Notes under the pieces: generated by a model | Told to the model about the DNA's origin: nothing | The model's input: the letters and a program-made list of their open reading frames with translations, nothing else | Databases searched by the model: none | Translations under genes and position numbers: made by a program | NCBI GenBank assembly: GCA_964016885.1 | Contig: OZ024744.1 | Location: 65,720,001-65,784,000, forward strand | DNA from: Eledone cirrhosa | Taxonomy: Eukaryota | Direction of reading: 5' to 3' | DNA length: 64,000 nucleotides | In this document: in pieces, positions 49,524 to 62,233 of the stretch | How positions within the stretch are numbered: the stretch's first letter is position 1 | Layout: each line of letters starts with the position of its first letter

Positions 49524-51034
49524 GTATGTATTGTATATATATATATATGTATGTATTGTATATATATATATATGTATGAATTGTATATATATATATGTAT
49601 GTATTGTTTATATATGTATATGTATATTATATATGTATGTATTGTATATATATATATATGTATATATATATGTATGTATTGTATATATATATATATATGT
49701 ATATATATATGTATGTATTGTATATATATAGTATGTATTGTATATATATATATGTATGTATTGTATATATATATATGTATGTATTGTATATATATATGTA
49801 TGTATTGTATATATATATGTATGTATTGTATATATATATATGTATGTATATAGTATATATATATATATAGTATTGTATATATATATATATATGTATTGTA
49901 TATATATATGTATGTATTGTATATATATATATAGTATTGTTATATATATATGTATGTATTGTATATATATATGTATGTATTGTATATATATATATGTATG
50001 TATTGTATATATATGTATAGTATTGTTATATATATATATGTATTGTATATATATATATGTATTGTATATATATATGTATGTATTGTATATATATATGTAT
50101 GTATTGTATATAATATATGTATTGTATATATATATGTATGTATTGTATATATATATATGTATTGTATATATATTATGTATTGTATATATATATGTATGTA
50201 TTGTATATATTATATATGTATTGTATATTATATATATGTATTGTATATATATATGTATTGTATATATATATGTATGTATTGTATATATATATAGTATGTA
50301 TTGTATATATATATATGTATTGTATATATATATATGTATTGTATATATATATATGTATTGTATATATATATGTATGTATTGTATATATATATGTATTGTA
50401 TATATATATATGTATTGTATATATATATATGTATGTATTGTATATATATTATATATATGTATTGTATATATATGTATGTATTGTATATATATGTATGTAT
50501 TGTATATATATGTATGTATTGTATATATATGTATGTATTGTATATATATGTATGTATTGTATATATATATGTATGTATTGTATATATAATATATGATATG
50601 TATTGTATATGTATATATATGTATGTATTGTATATGTATATATGATATATATATGTATGTATTGTATATGTATATATGTATATATATGTATGTATTGTAT
50701 ATGTATATATGTTATATATGTATGTATTGTATATGTATATATGTATGTATAGTATGTATGTATGTATGTTATTGTATATATGTATGTATTGTATAGTATA
50801 TATGTATGTATGTATTGTATATATGTATGTATGTATTGTATATATGTATGTATGTATTGTTATTGTATATATATGTATGTATGTAATTGTATATTATATA
50901 TATGTATGTATTGTATTGTATATATATATGTATGTATGTATTGTATAATATGTATGTAAGTGTATTGTATTGTATATGTATGTATGTATGTATTGTATTG
51001 TATATATATATATGTATGTATGTATTGTATTGTA
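47598..51034. repeat. Compound (TA)n/TGTA/TTG microsatellite, more than 3 kb
   Basis: Direct inspection. It ends at the assembly gap. Confidence 0.98.
47744..47992 (+). mobile_element. RTE 3' end inserted in a microsatellite
   Basis: Reverse complement of about 43885-44125, with a (GAT)n tail. Confidence 0.9.
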
Positions 51035-51234
51035 NNNNNNNNNNNNNNNNNNNNNNNNNNNNNNNNNNNNNNNNNNNNNNNNNNNNNNNNNNNNNNNNNN
51101 NNNNNNNNNNNNNNNNNNNNNNNNNNNNNNNNNNNNNNNNNNNNNNNNNNNNNNNNNNNNNNNNNNNNNNNNNNNNNNNNNNNNNNNNNNNNNNNNNNNN
51201 NNNNNNNNNNNNNNNNNNNNNNNNNNNNNNNNNN
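51035..51234. other. Assembly gap (200 N)
   Basis: Run of N. Confidence 1.
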
Positions 51235-52048
51235 CTGCTTTACTCTCTGTCTCTCTTCACTCTCTATATGACAACACTCTTTTACTTTCCGTATCTACCT
51301 TCAATATATCAACATAGAGATGAGCGTTGTATGTAAATTCGGTCAACACGTATGTATCCTACACACCTCCCTATAGTTTCTTAGCTTTACTCTCTCCATC
51401 GCTCTTCCCTCTCTCTATAATAGATCATTCCCCCTCTCTATAATTTAACTGCTTTACTCTCTGTCGCTCTTCACTCTCTATATGACAACACTTTCCGTAG
51501 AGATGAGTGTCATATGTATGTTTCTTTCAAAAGGATAACCTCCTTCAAATTCGGTCAACACACAAGCAGGAAATACATACATCAAAAGGTAACCCTCTTA
51601 GAGAGACAGATTAGGAAAACCACACACACACACATCTAAAGAGAAACAGAGGGACGGGCAAGCAGGTAATACATACATCTAAAATCATTTGGATACAAAT
51701 ATCATGTGTTGTTTCCTTGAACAAGACACTTTATTTCACATTGCTCCAGTTTACTCAGCTGTAGAAATGAGATGATAGGGACTGGGGTCCCTATCATTCC
51801 ACTGCAAAGTGGTCGTGTAGGTGCCACGGCAAAAAAGCACCCAGCACTCACTGTAAATGAGGTTGGCGTTATGAAGGGCATCCAGCTGTAGAAACCAAGC
51901 CAGAATCAGTTCCCGTCCCAACCTTGCAAGCAGGGAAAAGCGGACGTAAAATGATGATGATGATGATGAAAATACAGATAAATATAATAATGTATGTATC
52001 CCACACACTTTTCTGTCGTCGCTCGCATAAGTAACACACACACGCGCA

Positions 52049-52085
<37 letters not shown>

Positions 52086-52148
52086 GATTTCGCCAATTGC
52101 CGGATAACATCAAAACAAAACACACATGCACACAAACACACACACATA

Positions 52149-52515
52149 TCTATACTTTATATGTATGTATGTAAGATCATTCCCGCTCTCTATAATTTAA
52201 CAGGTTTACTCTCTCTGTCGCTCTTCACTCTCTATATGACAACACTGTTTTAGTTTCCATATCTCCCTTCAATATATACACATAGAGAGGGAGAGAGATT
52301 AGGAAAACTATACACACATCTACAGAGAGAGACAGAGGGAGGGGAAAAGAGAGATAGGCCGTTAGACAGAGAGAGATACAATTAAAGTGTTAGTTATTCA
52401 GAGAGAGAGAGAGAGTCGGAAGGACAATGTGACACGGGAAGGTGTATGGTATTTTTGCAGTGGAGTGGTGGGGGCAGGTATACCTAGCCGGTCGCCTGCC
52501 GGACAGGCCAGCTAG
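52149..52515 (+). mobile_element. Non-autonomous Helitron
   Basis: A|TC 5' end, GC-rich subterminal hairpin (ccggtcgcctgccgg / gcctg..caggc) and CTAG|T 3' end. Related internal pieces at 51235-51680. Confidence 0.75.
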
Positions 52516-52744
52516 TAGAATCTAAAAGTGAAACATGACTGTTTGAAACAGTCAATAATGTCTACTCGTGTATTATGTCTAAAAGGGCAATAACTCTGAT
52601 TGAAAACTGACTCAAACTGTGATGAACCATTCAATCTATGCCAGTATGGAAAGTGGATGTTAATATAATGATGATGATTATAAGTTAAGTAGATTAGCAA
52701 ATTGAATTTTATCTTCTGTATTCTATTTCATCCACTGAATTTAT

Positions 52745-52956
52745 TTAACCCTTTAGCATTTACATTACTCTATATTTACTATTGTATTTTCAAGGTAAAG
52801 GTTTTATTTCACATAATATCTTCACATGAGATTTTGATATTTATTTTGAGAACAATACCTTAACATCAGTATGAGTGGTCGGTTATGGCTGGTTTGAACA
52901 GGAAGAGGTGAGAGAATTCTGGTCGGATATGGCTAGTTTAAATGCTAAAGGGTTAA
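52745..52956 (+). mobile_element. piggyBac-type MITE
   Basis: TTAA-CCCTTTAGCATTTA...TAAATGCTAAAGGG-TTAA. Confidence 0.9.
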
Positions 52957-53361
52957 TCATTAAATCCCTAACATGTTGATTATGTATCATCATCATGGTG
53001 AGTTTCCTTGCACAACATTGATAATTATGCTTCCCCACTTGTCCATATCCAGCACGGCTTCTGTACATTCATTCTTTCTAAGATTTGTGTGTTTACAAAA
53101 TGCTCCAGAATGTAGCATGAGGCTGACCTCTTTTTCTTCTACCATGTGTGGGTAACTGCAGTAACTGGTCTAAAGCCTCTACCTGAACTCTCCACAATCT
53201 GTGACAATATGAAACTGAGTCTTCTAGCCTTTATCACGTCTGTAGTCCGTCTCAGGAGACTTATTTGTTTTGTACTCCCTCCAAATTATATTTTTCACTT
53301 TACTCAGTAGTCATGTATATGTTGATTATTATTTGTCATGAATACTTGTCAAGTTCTTTTG

Positions 53362-53578
53362 TTAACCCTTTAGCATTTACATTACTCTATATTTACTATT
53401 ATGTTTTCATGGTAAAGGCTTTACCTAACATAACATCGAATCTGTGAGATTTTGATCTTATTTATTTTGAGAACAATACCTTAACACATGGTATGAATGC
53501 CCTGTTACAGCCGGTTTGAACAGAAAGAGGTGAGAGAATTTTGGCTGGATATGGCCGGTTTAAATGCTTAAGGGTTAA
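53362..53578 (+). mobile_element. piggyBac-type MITE
   Basis: Same TIRs and TTAA TSD. Confidence 0.9.
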
Positions 53579-53629
53579 AGTAATTGTTGTCTCACTCCAT
53601 GTTGGCTTACTGTCAGTAGTCATATGACA

Positions 53630-55270
53630 CACAGCTAGATGTTGTTATACGACCCATGTCAGCTTTGAGCAAGCAGTCATTTAGCATGGATGTAGTTGTT
53701 GTATAGCTCCAAGTCAGCTCTGATCCAACAGTACTACAACACAAGTAGTAGTTGTGCAACTCTAGGTCAGCTCTGATTCAGCAGATCTTTGACACATATG
53801 TTGTTTAGCCCCAACTCAGCCCTGATCCAACAGTTTTGACACGGGTAGTTATTGTTCAGCCCTGATCCAGCAGCTCTATGACACTCAAATTGTTTAGTCC
53901 CAACTCAGCCCTGATCCAACAGTTTTATAATACAGATATGTTTCTTTATTAACCACAGGGGCACAAACGAAGGGGACAAATACAAAGGGGGAAGTTTACA
54001 TACAATAAAAACGTGTAAAATACTATCACAAATACAATTTAAAAATTAATCGATTTTCCCCAATAGGGGGAGACATTTCATATGGATAACACATACCCCC
54101 GAAAAAATGTGCAACCCTCATCTCCAGGAGTACGAAGAATTTGTACCCTTTCCTCTCTTCCTCTTTTTCCTCAACCTACAGGCTGATATAGAGAGAAGGC
54201 CCATTCACTCGGGCCATTCTCGCCACTTTCATCCACCTTTCATAAAACTTGCTGGGGTACAGCACCTCTCTCTCCATCCTGATTCTTCTAACAAAGTGGT
54301 ATTTGAAAAAAAGAATCAGTTGTTGGCCGGAGAGAAAGGTGTCTGACCTCAGCCCTTTAACCTCGTCCACCATACAACCGCTTTTGCCATAGCTATCACA
54401 CAAAGGAAAACTGCCTCTCCTTCGTTTTTGAAGGAGGGTGGCGGTTTGATCATGGGCTCGGTGGTCAACCGGATTGGTCCCACCTGCGACAATAGCCGTT
54501 CTACATAGCCTGGACAGTGTATGAATGCGTGCGCGACGGTTTCTTCGTCTCGGACAGATCTTCTTCGAAGGGTCCCTGCCCGGGTGCCCATGTCTGTAGA
54601 GCTTGTCTCGAACTGGTAGAGTTCCTCGGTAGCACTGCCAGGCCAGGGACTTTTGGAAGTTGTCCATCGGTTCCGGATGATACAGATAGTTCTTGTGTAG
54701 TCCCAGGTCAGTTCTGATTCAACAGTTCTGTCACACAGATCTAATCTCCAGTTCAATGACACAGATAATTCTTATGTAGCCTAGGTCACCCCTGATCAAA
54801 CAGTTCTGTGATACAGATTGTTGTTAAGTAGCTTCAGGTCAGCTCTAATCCGACAGCTCAATGACATGGATGTAGATGTTGTGTAGTCCCAGGTTGGCCT
54901 TTATCCAATACTTCTATGGCATGTATGTACTTGTGTAGTCTTAGGTCACCTCAGATCCAATATTTCTCTGTCATAGATAATTGTTGTAACCCCAGGTTAA
55001 CTTTGATCTAACAGTGCTATGACATTGATGTAATTGTTGTCTAGCCTCTGCTCAGCCTTGATCCAGCAGTCACGTGGCACAGAAAACAGTCGTAGCCTAC
55101 AGTCAGCTCTGATCCAACAGTTCTATGACATGGATATAGTTGTGTAGCTACAGGTCATTCCTGATCCACTCATTCTATGGAGGCATTTGGTGGTTGTGTA
55201 GCCCTAGGTGAGCCATGATCTAACAGATATAGTACATGGTTGCAGTTGTTGAGGTATGGCCCTAGATCAG
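53630..55270. repeat. Degenerate ~50-bp satellite split by a Tx1 insertion
   Basis: Unit gttgtgtagccccaggtcagccctgatccaacagttctatgacacagat on both sides of 53939-54679. Confidence 0.8.
53939..54679 (-). mobile_element. Tx1/L1-clade LINE 3' end inserted in a satellite
   Basis: LAWQCYRGTLPVRDKL...CPR...EETVAHAFIHC (zf-RVT-like), with a candidate TSD atacagata on both sides. Confidence 0.75.
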
Positions 55271-55414
55271 CAATCATGTCTTATATAATTAATCATGATG
55301 TACAGATCTCTCTCTTGTTATACTATGTCTCTGCCTTGCCTTAGACTATGTTGCCTAACATCGATATGCAGCAATGAATTGTATGGGGTGAAGTGTGAGA
55401 CTCGGAACACATTG

Positions 55415-55454
<40 letters not shown>

Positions 55455-55789
55455 ACTAACTAGTCTATTTTTGTCTATTTTTATGTTTTCCTTATGCTTG
55501 TTTGGTTTGAATGAAGAGGAATATTGTTTTCAGGGTGTCTTTGTAATGTTCAAAGGGGTTGTATGTGTGTTTGGAAGCCATTTTTTCATGTGACAAACTG
55601 TGGCAGGTGAAGTTTGCTGCAGCAAGAAGCTGCACTTCTTGCATGTCCTGGTTATTTTCCACATTTTTTTTTTGTATTTTTTCATTGTGTAGGTGCTCAC
55701 TTAAGATTGTGCATAAAGTATTAGTTTCTGTACTTTGTAGTTTATTGTGGCTTGTGATAGAAAGTTTGGAGGATTGATATAGTGCCTGA

Positions 55790-56720
55790 TAATGTACATA
55801 GTTGTGTAGAGAGATTGTAGGTCCAGATATGACTGATAAGGTGCAGTTTTGTGTAGTTTGTGGTTTGTAGTAGAGATTATAGATCCAGATATGACTGATA
55901 AGGTGCAGTTTTGTGTAGTTTGTGGTTTGTAGTAGAGATTATAGATCCAGATATGACTGATATAGTACTTGATAAGGTGCAGTTTTGTGTAGTTTGTGGT
56001 ATATTGTGGTTTGTGGTAGAGGGGTTGTAGGTCCAAATATGACTGATATAGTACTTGATAAGGTGCAGTTTTGTGTAGTTTGTGGTATATTGTGGTTTGT
56101 AGTAGAGAGATTGTATATCCAGATATGACTGATATAGTACTTGATAAGGTGCAGTTTTGTGTAGTTTGTGGTATATTGTGGTTTGTAGTAGAGAGATTGT
56201 ATATCCAGATATGACTGATATAGTACTTGATAAGGTGCAGTTTTGTGTAGTTTGTGGTTTGTAGTAGAGAGATTGTATATCCAGATATGACTGATATAGT
56301 ACTTGAAAAGGTGCAGTTTTGTGTAGTTTGTGGTTTGTAGTAGAGAGATTGTATATCCAGATATGACTGATATAGTACTTGATAAGGTGCAGTTTTGTGT
56401 AGTTTGTGGTATATTGTGGTTTGTAGTAGAGAGATTGTATATCCAGATATGACTGATATAGTACTTGATAAGGTGCAGTTTTGTGTAGTTTGTGGTTTGT
56501 AGTAGAGAGATTGTATATCCAGATATGACTGATACAGTACTTGATAAGGTGCAGTTTTGTGTAGTTTGTGGTATATTGTGGTTTGTAGTAGAGAGATTGT
56601 AGATCCAAATATGACTGATATAGTACTTGATAAGGTGCAGTTTTGTGTAGTTTGTGGTATATTGTGGTTTGTGGTAGAGGGGTTGTAGGTCCAAATATGA
56701 CTGATATAGTGCCTGATACT
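55790..56720. repeat. 62/76/86-bp minisatellite
   Basis: atgactgat anchors at 55829, 55891, 55953, 56039, 56125, 56211, 56287, 56363, 56449, 56525, 56611 and 56697. Confidence 0.95.
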
Positions 56721-56739
56721 ATACAGTATCTTTATTATA

Positions 56740-58110
56740 AAGTTTACAACTTTATTTCCCTCTTAGTCTACAGGCCAATGCATGACACCCTGGACCAAGG
56801 GACCTTTTTCTTTTATAAGAATGATCACTGATTAGCTGATGGGCCAGATTCATTCTGAAAACCGACTGAGTATAATTTTTGTTCTGGTCTTTTTTAGACA
56901 GGAGCTTGTGATTCGATGACTCTTTCATCAGCACAAACGATGAACTATAATCACATCAGCAATAAAATAAAACAGTTATTTTAATCATTTGTTGGGATTT
57001 CTTCTAATACTGTAGGTGAATCTGAGTTGGTCTGCACAGTTCACACTATTCATGTGTTTAGTATAATGTTTTATTGATCTCGGACATGGCACATTGAGGT
57101 ATTCCCCATACTTTTGTTTTCATTGGAGACTTAACCCTTTAGCATTTAAACCGGCTACATCCAGCCAGAATTCTCTCACCTCTTTCTGTTCAAACCGGCC
57201 ATAACTAGCCACTCATTCTGATGTTAAGATATTGTTCTCAAAATAGATATCAAAATCTCATAAATTAATATTATGTGAGATAATTATGTAAGATAAAGCC
57301 TTTATCACAAAAATACAATAGTATATATAGAGTAATGCAAATGCTAAAGGGTTAAGTCATTCAGACTGATATTGGTTGTCAGCAGTGTTATGGTCTTCTT
57401 ATCATGCAAAGCTGTTGCCACTAATTCCCCTTTTGTTTTTGAATCAAGTCATATTGTATTTTCAATTTGGCTCAGGTGATAGCTTTTGGTATGTTTTGTC
57501 TATGTTTATGTACTGTGCTGCAAGCTTAAGTCCCATTCTGTAGAAGTTTCTCAAAGCATTTTACAGACAAAAACATTATTCCAATGCACATGGTTTTGGC
57601 CTCATGTTTCTTGTGAGATCCTTCACATCTTACTTTCCAAGTCCTTTTTCACACTGATTTGAAACTTTTCCCAAACTTGGAAGCTGTTCACATAACCATT
57701 GTGGCGAAGAGCCTGCACTTTTATTCCATGTTTTGTAGGCTTCAATGGAATGAACTGTTTGAAGGCCAGTCATATGGTGAAGGTAATCAGAGTCTCGTCA
57801 GATATTTCTCAATGTGGGTTATTCTGTGACTTCAAATTTTAGCATGGGATTGCCACTGACTTCAGAAATATGGAAATTTTGAGCCAGTTTATCTAAGCTG
57901 TCTCTGGAAAGTTTTCTTTTAATAAATACATGTCTTGATTTAGTACAGAAACAATCCCCATCATTATTTGAAAGGCAATATAGGCCCTCATTTCAGACGC
58001 AGTTGTGTTATGCCACTTTGAATCTGGCCAGTTCGACTCTATGTATTTGTTAGTTTCATTTGCCATCAAATCAAATAATCAAATAATTATTTCTTTATTA
58101 GACTCTGGGA
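56740..58110 (-). pseudogene. piggyBac (PGBD-type) transposase fossil
   Basis: Motifs in order: ETNKY...W.NTT..EMRAYI..MMGI; DETLI.F...FKQFIPLKPTKHGIK; HVHWNNVF/SVKCFEKLLQNGT*ACSTV; LHDKKTITLLTT; CP.SIKHYTKHMNSVNCADQL; FRMNLAHQLI. Many stops and frameshifts. Confidence 0.85.
57131..57355 (-). mobile_element. piggyBac-type MITE inserted in the transposase fossil
   Basis: Same TIRs and TTAA TSD, with transposase motifs resuming on both sides. Confidence 0.9.
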
Positions 58111-58562
58111 AACACAAATAGATTTTTTTCTTTCTAAGATATTTCCTTTAAATATATTAACATTAACTTCTGAAAATCGATCACTCTATTCTAAAGTCAG
58201 TTCGTCATTGTTACTGTTGTTTCAGCTCCCATGCAAATTCATTATCAATATATCTACATTTTCCAAATATGTTTTATAATTTTTTTTATGCCCCTACTAC
58301 ATCAATTTTTGTAAAGCCTTCGAAAATATCCAATGCCATGTTCTGTTTTTTTTTTTTTTTTTCCTTCTAAAATCAATATGGTTCTGTCTCTCCTATGTAA
58401 CTAACTACCATGATGTTCAAATTATTCATTAATTATTCATAAAACACTCCTTGATTGGTTCAAACTAAGCATAGCTTCCTAATTCAACCAATCACTGAAC
58501 ATTTTACATCAGAAATGAATATACTTCAATGCATGACTCCAGTTGGTATCCAGCTGCTGTCA

Positions 58563-59610
58563 CCATCATCATCGTTCAACGTCCATTTTCCACACTAGCA
58601 TGGGTTAGACAGATTGTCCCATTAGAGGCAAGTAGGACCAGGTGACCATGTTTTGCTCATATAGAACTGCTTCTAGCTAGGTTTCTACGGCTGGATACAC
58701 TTCCCAATGCCAACCACATTTACAGTGTGGGCTGGGTGCTTTTTGTTGTGGCACCTACATGACCACTTTACAGTGAGTATTGGTTACTTTTTGTTGTGGC
58801 ACTTACACGACCACCTTACTGTGTGCTGGGTGCTTTTTGTTGTGATACTTACACGACTACCTTACAGTGTGTGCTGGGTGCTTTTTGTTGTGATACTTAC
58901 ACGACCACCTTACAGTGTGTGCTGGGTGCTTTTTGTTGTGATACTTACATGACCACCTTACAGTGTGTGCTGGGTGCTTTTTGTTGTGATACTTACACGA
59001 CCACCTTACTGTGTGTGCTGGGTGCTTTTTGTTGTGATACTTACACGACCACCTTACAGTGTGTGCTGGGTGCTTTTTGTTGTGATACTTACACGACCAC
59101 CTTACAGTGTGAGCTGGGTGCTTTTTGTTGTGACTCCTACACGACCACCTTACAGTGTGGGTGTGGGCTGGGTGCTTTTTGTTGTGATACTTACACGACC
59201 ACCTTACAGTGTGTGCTGGGTGCTTTTTGTTGTGATACTTACACGACCACCTTACAGTGTGTGCTGGGTGCTTTTTGTTGTGATACTTACATGACCACCT
59301 TACAGTGTGAGCTGGGTGCTTTTTGTTGTGACTTCTACACGACCACCTTACAGTGTGGGTGTGGGCTGGGTGCTTTTTGTTGTGATACTTACACGACCAC
59401 CTTACAGTGTGTGCTGGGTGCTTTTTGTTGTGATACTTACACGACCACCTTACAGTGTGAGCTGGGTGCTTTTTGTTGTGATACTTACACGACCACCTTA
59501 CAGTGTGAGCTGGGTGCTTTTTGTTGTGACTCCTACACGACCACCTTACAGTGTGGGTGTGGGCTGGGTGCTTTTTGTCATGACACCCATACAACCACTT
59601 GGCAAAACTT
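58563..59610 (-). repeat. RTE 3' end with an expanded 48/54-bp minisatellite (58720-59600)
   Basis: About 18 copies of tgtgatacttacacgaccaccttacagtgtgtgctgggtgctttttgt following a (CAT)n tail and the RTE UTR motif. Confidence 0.9.
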
Positions 59611-59925
59611 AAATGACTACACACGGCATTCAACCCTGAAGGAATTTTAACCTCATGATTATAGTTGGGATCAGGGAGAAGGAGTTTTAATAGATAGTGT
59701 ACTGATTTGTGTAGTTTGCAGTTTATTGTAATTATTGCTACTGCTAATTAATCCTATCTGACCATCTTACACTATATGCAAATGAACATTTCCTGCTAAT
59801 GTGTATGTTGATATTATTTGAAGTTTGTGTAACATTGGATGTGGTGTGAGCATTGTTGTTGTTGTTGCTAATTACTCTGATGTTTTACTGTTGGTTTTGT
59901 GGTCTACATTAGATAGAAATGGTTG

Positions 59926-60727
59926 CTAGTTCAATATCTTTCTCAGAGTATACAATATTTTTTGTTCGGCCCTCGGGAGCAAAGATGAAGAGATTGTTTG
60001 GCGAGCTCACTCTAGAGCATCCTACATACAATTGACCTTGGTTTTCCCAGATGAAGGCCAGCCACTTTTAGGGTTTGACTATGAGCTTTGTTGATGGTAA
60101 TCGCGAAGCTTAGTCTCTCTGATTTTGCGGCCAGGCTAGGACTTTTTGTGTGGCATATCGGCAGTAACAATGACAATAAGCCGTCTGTGCTTTCATGAAA
60201 TAAATACATTTGTTTATATTTTGTTTTTGTGTATGTAAAAATATCTGTACACGAATATATAAATATATATATATATATATTAAAATAACAGATTAAAGTT
60301 TAAGCAAAGAATCGCTGCTTTCACCCTTAACGGGATCTTCTGAAACTAAAAAAATCAATCTGTGAACGCAGAAATAAATATTTCGAAAAACGTTGCAACC
60401 GAAGGAAAAGAGGAAGACGATACTTTGGTTCGTGAAGACGTTCCCTGGCAATGAAAGGAAAATAGCGAACATAATACGTCATCAATGTTTGTCGTAATGC
60501 AGACATCAGACATACAGACAGATATTATAAGGGCGCGACGGAGATGGATAACCGGTGCCTAAAAGCAACAGAAAATTGAAAAATAAAACCTGCAGTTAAT
60601 ATCTTTAGACCGCAAGGAATATATAAATGCAAGTTTGAAGTCAATCGGAGTAGAAATGTGGATTTGTATAGACTTTGCAAAAATGAGGACACACACAGGC
60701 AACTACAGTTTTATATATATGTATAGA
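59926..60727 (-). mobile_element. Deleted Helitron with a PIF1-type helicase C-terminal remnant
   Basis: RLSFAITINKAHSQTLKVAGL...QLYVGCSRV...TKNIVY at about 59945-60120, and an A|TCTATAC...TATATAAAA 5' end at 60727. Confidence 0.75.
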
Positions 60728-61005
60728 TACTCATACATATATATGTATGCATATGTACATACACACATATATGCATCAGCGTATGGAAAAAAATTCTAGT
60801 CTGTAATACTTTTGTTGAGTGTATGTACTGTAGAGTCCATGTTGGTGACTCGGTACTCTACTGTTCTGAAGATTATTTGCCAAGTGATACTGGGTACTCT
60901 ACTGTTGGAGATTATTTGCCAAGTGATTGTTGGAGTTGGCTGTAATGAACAGAATATGATGCTGGGGCAAGAATTGACATTTGTATTAGTGTTGGCATGC
61001 ATTGT

Positions 61006-61218
61006 TTAACGCTTTAGCATTTAAATTGCTCCATATTTACTATTGTATTTTCACAGTAAACACTTTATCTCCCATAATATCGAATATACGAGATTTTGAT
61101 ATTCATTTTGAGAACAATACCTTAACATAAGTATGAGCAGCCGGTCACAGCTGGTTTGAATAGAAAGTGGTGAGAGAATTCTGGCCAGATACGGCCAGTT
61201 TAAATGCTAAAGGGTTAA
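61006..61218 (+). mobile_element. piggyBac-type MITE
   Basis: Same family with TTAA ends. Confidence 0.85.
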
Positions 61219-61519
61219 GTTGTAAAAGGAGTTTTGTTGTCTGTACAATTTGAAAACCAGGCTGTATTGAGTTCATTGGTTTTCCCCCTACACCAATTAT
61301 TGTGTTTATACTTGTGTTAAAATGTTATAGTTGGTGTTTAACTTAACAGAGTGCTGATAAGGTTGTTGGGGGTGTATGGGTGGGTGTGTATTAAATAAAC
61401 AATTATTTTTACTATTCCAAACCCATACAAGCGTGGAAGATGGACGTTAAGCGATGATGATGATGATATTTACGAAATGTTGAGCGAATTATGAGTTCTG
61501 AAGTTATGTTAGCTTAAAT

Positions 61520-61811
61520 CAGTGGTTCCTAACCTTTTGTGTCCCATGTCCCACATCATCTCAAACATTTTTATGCCCCACTTTGATATAAAAACATGAT
61601 GATCAACTACAAAGTGTAAACATATTGGTGTATGGGTGATGCCAGATGTACAATAACGTGTGGAGGAGGTGAGGCAGGAGTTTCTGACATTAGTTTGTTC
61701 AAAAGTTGCCTTGGTATAAAAGTAATAAGATAAAACTTGAGGTTTGCTCTCATTAACATCATTTTCAAATTGCTCCCATGTGGGGCGAGCGCCCCACGTT
61801 GGGAATTACTG
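61520..61811. mobile_element. hAT (Charlie-like) MITE
   Basis: TIRs CAGTGGTTCCTAAC ... GTTGGGAATTACTG and a partial 8-bp TSD (gcttaaat / acttaa..). Confidence 0.6.
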
Positions 61812-61813
61812 AC

Positions 61814-62233
61814 TTAACCCTGCAACATTTACATTACTCTATATATACTATTGTATGTTCATGGTAAAGTCTTTATCTTACACAATTATCTCACATAATA
61901 TCGAATCTATGATATTTTGATATTATTTATTTTGAGAACAGTGGATTGGCAGTATCGGTAGCGGGTCGAACGCCATGCTTTGACGCATTGAGTTACGACC
62001 CTTGTCATTCTGAGTTCAAATCCCACCAAGGTTAACTTTGCCTTTCATCCTTACGGGGTCGATAAAATAAAGTACCAGTAATGTACTGGGTGGTTGCTGG
62101 CCTTGTGCCAAAAGTAGAAACAATTATTTATTTTGAGAACAATACCTTAACATCAGAATGAGCAGCCAGTTTGTACAGAAAGAGGTGAGAGAATTCTGGC
62201 TGGATACAGCCGGTTTAGATGCTAAAGGGTTAA
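61814..62233 (+). mobile_element. piggyBac-type MITE containing a SINE
   Basis: TTAA ends, interrupted at 61941-62122. Confidence 0.85.
61941..62122 (+). mobile_element. SINE family A inserted in a MITE
   Basis: 19-bp TSD attatttattttgagaaca at 61922-61940 and 62123-62141. Confidence 0.9.

Noticed and set aside
47455-51336. Many long Y/I/C/M/V-rich ORFs
   Set aside because: Translations of the TA microsatellite and N gap, not genes.
55877-56694. 243- and 251-aa repetitive ORFs
   Set aside because: Products of the 76/86-bp minisatellite, with no splice or coding signal.
58451-58495. Inverted CCAAT pair upstream of the piggyBac fossil
   Set aside because: Short motif with no supporting TIR or start site identified.
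58707-59650. 284-aa Cys-rich and 258-aa His/Lys-rich repeat ORFs; CRISPR-like look
   Set aside because: 48/54-bp tandem units from the RTE UTR with no unique spacers. The frames are open only because the unit length is a multiple of 3.
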